This document shows, piece by piece, positions 58,493-64,000 of a stretch of 64,000 nt of DNA. The translations under genes were made by a program, and so were the position numbers. The notes below the pieces were generated by a model, which had not been told where the DNA came from, made no database searches, and was given only the letters and a program-made list of their open reading frames with translations. Source of the DNA: Candidatus Bilamarchaeaceae archaeon (lineage in GTDB: Archaea > Micrarchaeota > Micrarchaeia > Anstonellales > Bilamarchaeaceae); contig JAVZJR010000004.1 of the NCBI GenBank assembly GCA_038870635.1, forward strand, positions 40,406 through 104,405. The letters run 5' to 3'. Within the stretch, counting starts at the first letter, position 1. Each line of letters opens with the position of its first letter.

Positions 58493-59136
58493 TTTCCTTC
58501 CAATATTTTTTTTATTTGTAAGAATGCGAGGTCTTCTGGGTAACCACCAACATACTCCCCTTTACCTTCATTTATAACTGTTTTTGGCACACCGCTTACA
58601 CGGTACTTTCTTGAGAGTTCTTGGAATTCCATTGCCTCATAAACGTATCCTTTTACTTTGCTACTCCCTATGGCAAGTTTCATTGCAGTGTATGCTGAAG
58701 TAGGACAATGCGGGCACATTGGCGTTACAAAAACTTCTATTTTTGTTTGGTCGTTTTTTCTTTCAAAATAAGCACTTGCCTCTGCATTAATGGCAGCTGC
58801 TCCGCCAGCTATTTTTAGCACTTCAATGAAGGCTCCAAACTCATAACCTGAAGGTATACCGTAGTATCGCGGATCTCCTTTTACAAAGCTACCGCGTATT
58901 AAAATCACAGGTGCTTCATTAACTCCATAGGTTTTTGCTACTTCCAATTCTTTATCGATATCGTGTATCTCTACACTTATCTTTTTAGAAGTTTTTGCAA
59001 TAGCTTCTAAGAGTTCTTTTATATGGCTATTCATAGGCGCATTTTGTTTCTCAAAATAGATGAGTTTAACATCATTTTTGAGATCTTTTAGTTCATTCTC
59101 TACCTGTTTTATAGTTCCTTCATCCAAAATCCCCAT
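58489..59136 (-). CDS. Protein disulfide oxidoreductase (PDO / AhpF-NTD-like) with a single CxxC
   Basis: GIPSGYEF, VFVTPMCPHCP, EAMEF, VSGVPKTVIN. Confidence 0.88.
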   Translation of the reverse strand: MGILDEGTIKQVENELKDLKNDVKLIYFEKQNAPMNSHIKELLEAIAKTSKKISVEIHDIDKELEVAKTYGVNEAPVILIRGSFVKGDPRYYGIPSGYEFGAFIEVLKIAGGAAAINAEASAYFERKNDQTKIEVFVTPMCPHCPTSAYTAMKLAIGSSKVKGYVYEAMEFQELSRKYRVSGVPKTVINEGKGEYVGGYPEDLAFLQIKKILEGN

Positions 59137-59146
59137 TTTTTTCACC

Positions 59147-60028
59147 TCAAATTTTTTTAATGTCTTTAAGGATATCATTTCCAGTTAACATTTCATAAGC
59201 TTTTCGGTATAGTATAGATGTGTTTTCAATAACATCTTTCGGCAATGGCGGTGGTGGCGGATTCTTATCCCAACCGCTTCTTTCAAGGAAATCACGCACA
59301 AATTGTTTATCCATACTGACAAGATTTCCTTTTTCGTATTCTTCTTTTAGCCAATATCTACTTGAATCCGGTGTCATAGCTTCATCTATTAATATGACTT
59401 CTTCTCCTAATACTCCAAATTCAAATTTTGTGTCTGCAAGGACTAAACCACGCGAGAAGGCGTAATCATGGCCAACTTTGTAGAGCTTTAATGAGGTTTC
59501 TTTTATTTTTTCAGCAATCTCTTTTCCTACTATTTTTGTTGCTTCTTCAAATGAAATGTTTTGATCGTGTCCTTCTGCAGCTTTTGTTGAAGGGGTGAAT
59601 ATTGGCTCATTTAGTTTATCGCCATTCTTTAGTCCAACAGGCAATTTTATTCCACAGACACTTCCGCTTTTTTGGTATTCCTTCCAGCCACTGCCAGTTA
59701 TGTAGCCGCGTACAACACACTCTACTTTAAGCGGTTTGGCTGGTTCTACCACCATGCTTCTTCCTTTTAGGTATGCCGGTAATTCTTTCGGTATTTCTAA
59801 AGTTATAAAGTGGTTTCTTATTATGTGTTTTGTTTTTTCAAACCAGAACTTTGAAAGCATATTTAAAACTATTCCTTTGTAGGGGATACCCTCGTTAAAA
59901 ACCACATCGAAAGCACTTAATCTATCTGTAGCTACCATTAATAACTTGTCATTCAGTTTGTATGTTTCCCTTACTTTGCCTTTTCCTATTAACGGGAGTG
60001 GCAATTCTGTTTTTGTTATAATCTCCAT
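59147..60028 (-). CDS. purC: SAICAR synthase
   Basis: GKVRE, TDRLSAFD, ECVVRGY, FTPSTKA, DTKFEFG, TPDSSRYW, DKQFVRD. Confidence 0.96.
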   Translation of the reverse strand: MEIITKTELPLPLIGKGKVRETYKLNDKLLMVATDRLSAFDVVFNEGIPYKGIVLNMLSKFWFEKTKHIIRNHFITLEIPKELPAYLKGRSMVVEPAKPLKVECVVRGYITGSGWKEYQKSGSVCGIKLPVGLKNGDKLNEPIFTPSTKAAEGHDQNISFEEATKIVGKEIAEKIKETSLKLYKVGHDYAFSRGLVLADTKFEFGVLGEEVILIDEAMTPDSSRYWLKEEYEKGNLVSMDKQFVRDFLERSGWDKNPPPPPLPKDVIENTSILYRKAYEMLTGNDILKDIKKI

Positions 60029-60048
60029 GCTTCTACCAACCTCGAAAT

Positions 60049-61419
60049 TCAGGATTTTGTTAATACTTCTATACCCTCTGGTACTTTATTTACATTTCCT
60101 GTTTTTATACCAACAAGTACCTTTACTCCCTGCTTTGCCGCAAGGTCAACAAGGCGCTGCGTGATTATCCCGTCAAATATCACTACTCTCGCGTCTCTTA
60201 ATTCGTTTAGCTTTTTTATTACATCTCTTACTGGTACTTCACAAATTCTTTGGTTTGCGGCGTTGTATATCCTTGCATTAAGTGTGTTGCTTAATTGATC
60301 TAGTTCTTCTAGTAATTTTTCTTTTGGTGGGATAGCGCTTTCCTCTCTTGTTTCCACTTGAGGAGGTGCTAATATTGGTTGTTCCTCATGAGGCGCTAAA
60401 AATACCGGTTCCTTCTTTTTTTCTGTTTTAATTTTTTGGTGTTGTGATGGAGTTGAATAAGGGGTTGGTCCTGTTTCTCTTTTTTGTACTTTTTCTTCAT
60501 CACTTTCTATTACCTGTTCTTCATACATTGGGAAAGACTTGGGCTCTTCACGATAGATTTCTTTTCTTCTTCTCGCCATTTTGGCTGCCCCTTCTACTTC
60601 TGTTTGTTCAAATGGTACCTTTCCACGCAGACATTTTATAAGTTCTTTTCTTGTTAATTCTTCTACTTCTAAACCAGTGGGGGCGCGGGCTATAAAATCT
60701 ATTTCAACGCCGCCTTGGATAAGTTCGTTTAGTATTATATCTCCTCCTCTGTCTCCATCTAAGAATATGGTGACCTCTTTTCTTTTTGATAACTCCACTA
60801 TTGTTCTAGGAACTTTCGCACCTTGAATTGCTATCACATTAGTTATGTCGTTTTTTAATAGGTTTATGACATCTGCGCGTCCTTCTACCAGTATAAGTTC
60901 ATTGGATTTATCAATTCCAGGCCCAGCAGGTAATCTCTCTGGTCCATATTCAACTATCTCCGCTGTTTTTATTTCCTCTCTTATCATTTCAGTTATTTCT
61001 TTGCTCTCTGGTATTTCAGTTAAGATAAGGTTTCTCAATAAGTTTTTTGCTCTATCCACCAACATCTTTCTCTTTAAGCTTCTTGTATCTTCTACTTTTG
61101 TAACTTCTAACTTTGCTTCGCATGGTCCAACCCTATCTACTGTTTCAAGTGCGGCCGCTATTATGCACGTCTCTACCATATCTAAACTACTTGGTATTTT
61201 TATGGTTCCTACTGTCTTTCCATTTTGTGGTTTTAATTCAACTTCTATTCTTCCTATTCTTCCATTTTTTTGTAAGTCTCTTAGGTCAAGTTCGTCACCA
61301 AGTAATCCTTCTGTTTGTCCGAATATCGCACCAACTACATCTGGTTTGTCTACTAACCCATCTACTTCTACATTTGTATAAACCAAATACTTTACTGTAT
61401 CTATATATGTTTTTGCCAT
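60049..61419 (-). CDS. dnaG: Archaeal DnaG
   Basis: DVVGAIFGQTEGLLG, LVEGRADV, DGDRGG, FDGIITQRL. Confidence 0.96.
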   Translation of the reverse strand: MAKTYIDTVKYLVYTNVEVDGLVDKPDVVGAIFGQTEGLLGDELDLRDLQKNGRIGRIEVELKPQNGKTVGTIKIPSSLDMVETCIIAAALETVDRVGPCEAKLEVTKVEDTRSLKRKMLVDRAKNLLRNLILTEIPESKEITEMIREEIKTAEIVEYGPERLPAGPGIDKSNELILVEGRADVINLLKNDITNVIAIQGAKVPRTIVELSKRKEVTIFLDGDRGGDIILNELIQGGVEIDFIARAPTGLEVEELTRKELIKCLRGKVPFEQTEVEGAAKMARRRKEIYREEPKSFPMYEEQVIESDEEKVQKRETGPTPYSTPSQHQKIKTEKKKEPVFLAPHEEQPILAPPQVETREESAIPPKEKLLEELDQLSNTLNARIYNAANQRICEVPVRDVIKKLNELRDARVVIFDGIITQRLVDLAAKQGVKVLVGIKTGNVNKVPEGIEVLTKS

Positions 61420-61420
61420 T

Positions 61421-61792
61421 TTACTCACCTACCTCATCTTTTACTTTTTCATATCTTTTTTTTATGTCCTCAAAATATCGGAATTGTAAAAGTTTTGCAA
61501 GCTTAATCCGGGTTTCACAGTCAACTTGCATATTCCCTTCCAATTCCTCCTTTATCATTTTGGCTAATTCATTACCCGCTTGGTCCAAGTCAGTCGCCAC
61601 TATGACTTTTTTTGCAGAAACGATATCGCGTATTTGATTTTTCCTGCCTGCGACGGCGATGACATCTTTGCAACCAAGAGATTCTAAAGCCTCTTTATCT
61701 CTCTTTCCTTCAACTAACACAAGGTTTTGTCTAAGTTCAGAAAGAGTATTTTCAATTTTTTCCATTTCTTCCTTCGTTATCTTTTTTTTCAT
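61421..61792 (-). CDS. Small TOPRIM domain protein
   Basis: LVEGKRD, ATDLDQAG. Confidence 0.9.
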   Translation of the reverse strand: MKKKITKEEMEKIENTLSELRQNLVLVEGKRDKEALESLGCKDVIAVAGRKNQIRDIVSAKKVIVATDLDQAGNELAKMIKEELEGNMQVDCETRIKLAKLLQFRYFEDIKKRYEKVKDEVGE

Positions 61793-61829
61793 TTCCCTTA
61801 CCTAGGGATCGTACAGAATTAGTAGGAGT

Positions 61830-61889
61830 GCTGTGCATTGTTGACACGCCTCTCATTGCTTTAAGCTCTGGCGGCCATCCATGCACAGC
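61830..61889 (-). ncRNA. About 60-nt structured RNA with a k-turn-like apex upstream of toprim-dnaG
   Basis: GCTGTGCAT/ATGCACAGC 9-bp stem, TGGC/GTCA, CGCC/GGCG; apex GA-GCT-TAA-AGC-AAT-GA. Confidence 0.6.
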
Positions 61890-61897
61890 CGTAAGCA

Positions 61898-62329
61898 TTA
61901 TTGTAATGCTGCTTTTTCTTCTATGAGGTCTATTACTAATGGAAATATTTTCATTATGTCTCCTTCGCTTATTATCCCAACAAGTTCATTATACTCGTTA
62001 AGGACTGGAAGGCGTTTTATCTTATTATCTCTCATTGCTTTTGCTGCTTCCTCTAAAGGAGTATCTGCTTTTATCACTCTGAGTGGTTTGGACATTATCT
62101 CTTCTACTTTTGTTTTTTTAGCATCTTTTTCTTTTGCAATAAGCTTATGAACAATATCTCTTTCAGTGATTATTCCTTTTGCTTTTTTGTTTTTTATATC
62201 ATCTACTACTATGACTGAACCAATGTTGTATTTTTTCATAAGCTTAGCTGCTTCTGTAATGTCCTTTCCATAAGGAACGATAACAACTTTTTTTGTCATT
62301 ATGTCTCCTACTTTCAAATCTGATCCCAT
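61898..62329 (-). CDS. CBS domain pair protein
   Basis: VGDIMTK, GIITERDIV, VEEIMSKP, IKRLPV, GIISEGDI. Confidence 0.93.
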   Translation of the reverse strand: MGSDLKVGDIMTKKVVIVPYGKDITEAAKLMKKYNIGSVIVVDDIKNKKAKGIITERDIVHKLIAKEKDAKKTKVEEIMSKPLRVIKADTPLEEAAKAMRDNKIKRLPVLNEYNELVGIISEGDIMKIFPLVIDLIEEKAALQ

Positions 62330-62370
62330 GTTTTAGATATGTGAATGTAAGGTTTTTAAAAGTGTGTGTA

Positions 62371-62568
62371 ATGTTTGCTTCTAAAACTGATGAGAGTTAT
62401 TGTGATAGCATAAGCAGTATAGACTGGAAGTATAGGTGTATCGGCTGGGCCAGATGGAATAAGGCAATGGAATCTGACGGCGTATTCTTGCTCAAGGAGT
62501 GCAAAGGCAATTCAGATTGTGAAATGTTGGTCCTCTATGATATGGAAAAATGGGCCGCGAGGAATTAA
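62371..62568 (+). CDS. Possible short Cys-containing gene or gene remnant
   Basis: MFASKTDESYCDSISSIDWKYRCI...ECKGNSDCE; pattern resembles small Cys-repeat proteins; no clear SD. Confidence 0.3.
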   Translation: MFASKTDESYCDSISSIDWKYRCIGWARWNKAMESDGVFLLKECKGNSDCEMLVLYDMEKWAARN

Positions 62569-64000
62569 AACAACAAAAAATCAAAAAATCTATTCTTTAG
62601 CATCTTCGCCCCTGCCTTTCTAAGGAGTTTTGCAGTTTCTGTATGACCTTCTTCGAGAGCGTACATCAGTACCGTCTTGCCATTCTCATCTTTAGCGTTT
62701 ACATCAGCTCCTGCTTTTATAAGAAGTTCTGCAATTTCTGTATAACCTTCCTTGGCAGCATACATCAGCACCGTCTTGCCCCAGTTAGTTTTTGCATTTA
62801 CATCTGCTCCTCTTTCTATAAGAAGTTTTGCAGTTTCCGTATGACCATTTCCGGCAGCATACATCAGCACCGTCTTGCCCCAGTTAGTTTTTGCATTTAC
62901 ATCTGCTCCTCTTTCTATAAGAAGTTTTGCAGTTTCCGTATGACCATTTCCGGCAGCATACATGAGTGCTGTTTTACCATCCTTATCTTGAGCGTTTACA
63001 TCTGCTCCTCTTTCTATAAGGAATTCTGCAATTTCTGTGCAACCTCCTATGGCAGCAGACATCAGTACCGTCTTGCCCCCCCAAATTTCAGCATTTACAT
63101 CTGCTCCTCTTTCTATAAGGAGTTTTGCAATTTCTGTACGACCATATTCGGCAGCAGACATCAGTACCGTCTTACCACACTTATTTTGAGCGTTTACATC
63201 TGCTCCTGAGTCTATAAGGAGTTTTGCAATTTCTGTACGACCATATTTGGCAGCAGACATCAGTACCGTCTTACCACACTTATTTTGAGCGTTTACATCT
63301 GCTCCTGAGTCTATAAGGAGTTTTGCAGTTTCTGTACGACCATATTTGGCAGCATACATGAGTGCTGTTTTATCATAATCATCTTTAGCATTTACATCTG
63401 CTCCTCTTTCTATAAGAAGTTTTGCAGTTTCCGTATGACCATTTTCGGCAGCATACATGAGTGCTGTTTTATCATAATCATCTTTAGCATTTACATCTGC
63501 TCCTCTTTCTATAAGAAGTTTTGCAGTTTCCGTATGACCATTTCCGGCAGCAGACATCAGTGCCGTCTCGCCATTATTCCTATCTTCAGCATTTACATCT
63601 GCTCTTGCATCTATAAGGAGTTTTGCAACTTCTGTATGACCTCTCCAGGCAGCAAGCATCAGTGCCGTATAGCCCCCGCCAGTTTTAGCGTTTACATCTG
63701 CTCCTATTTCTATAAGGAGTTTTGCAGTTTCTGGATAACCATTTTCGGCAGCATACATCAGTGCAGTCTTGCCATAATCATCTTTAGCGTTTACATCTGC
63801 TCCTATTTCTATAAGGAATTCTGCAATTTCTGTGCAACCTCCCATGGCAGCAAACATCAGTACCGTCTTGCCATAATCATCTTGAGCGTTTACATCAGCT
63901 CCTGCTTTTATAAGGAGTTCTGCAATTTCTGTATAACCTTTTACGAGAGCACACATCAGTGCCGTCCAGCCATCCTCATCCTTAGCGTTTACATCTGCTC
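62565..64000 (-). CDS. Ankyrin repeat protein (at least 14 repeats), 5' end beyond the window edge
   Basis: 33-aa repeats GADVNA..xxGKTxLMxAAxxGxTExAKLLIE; frame stays open to the window edge. Confidence 0.95.
   Translation of the reverse strand, partial: ADVNAKDEDGWTALMCALVKGYTEIAELLIKAGADVNAQDDYGKTVLMFAAMGGCTEIAEFLIEIGADVNAKDDYGKTALMYAAENGYPETAKLLIEIGADVNAKTGGGYTALMLAAWRGHTEVAKLLIDARADVNAEDRNNGETALMSAAGNGHTETAKLLIERGADVNAKDDYDKTALMYAAENGHTETAKLLIERGADVNAKDDYDKTALMYAAKYGRTETAKLLIDSGADVNAQNKCGKTVLMSAAKYGRTEIAKLLIDSGADVNAQNKCGKTVLMSAAEYGRTEIAKLLIERGADVNAEIWGGKTVLMSAAIGGCTEIAEFLIERGADVNAQDKDGKTALMYAAGNGHTETAKLLIERGADVNAKTNWGKTVLMYAAGNGHTETAKLLIERGADVNAKTNWGKTVLMYAAKEGYTEIAELLIKAGADVNAKDENGKTVLMYALEEGHTETAKLLRKAGAKMLKNRFFDFLLF
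62754..62951. repeat. Exact 99-bp tandem duplication within the ankyrin gene
   Basis: 62754-62852 is identical to 62853-62951; other near-identical 99-bp pairs lie further along. Confidence 0.85.

Noticed and set aside
62643..63209. Repetitive 188-aa plus-strand ORF
   Set aside because: Antisense shadow of the ankyrin repeats.

Overview
AT-rich archaeal chromosome segment with the standard genetic code, GGTGA-type Shine-Dalgarno sites and TTTATAAA-type TATA boxes. Gene style and tRNA introns at non-canonical positions suggest a DPANN archaeon, most likely Micrarchaeota (inference). Most of the window is core information-processing genes: tyrS; the exosome superoperon (rrp4-rrp41-rrp42-rpl37ae-rpoP-Brix-pcc1-pfdB-DHH); rpl18e-rpl13-rps9-rpoN-tRNA-Pro-rps2; a spc-like operon that starts unusually at rps17 and runs to secY-adk-serS; ftsZ-secE-spt5-tRNA-Gly; rpoH-B''-B'-A'-A''-rpl30e-nusA-tRNA-Ser; eIF5A-rps24e-rps27ae-kae1; and dnaG. 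Metabolic and transport genes are gdh, guaA-A, taw3, class II HMG-CoA reductase, aglH, nrdJ, FBP aldolase/phosphatase, purC, a Ca-type P-ATPase and a Na/Ca exchanger. The most notable observations are: (1) GC-rich structured RNAs in front of rps17 and toprim-dnaG that share a 15/17-nt motif, plus smaller hairpin leaders before rpl18e and rpoH; (2) an orphan island with a membrane-anchored, degenerate tandem GGDEF-like protein and a pseudokinase; (3) an intact plus degenerate SAM-methyltransferase paralog pair with an 87-bp duplicated gene fragment; (4) three intron-containing tRNAs (introns at 15/16, 37/38 and 58/59), one overlapping nusA; (5) a cysteine-free RpoP; and (6) a DARPin-like ankyrin array showing recent internal shuffling. 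No CRISPR array, transposase, integrase or rRNA was seen.
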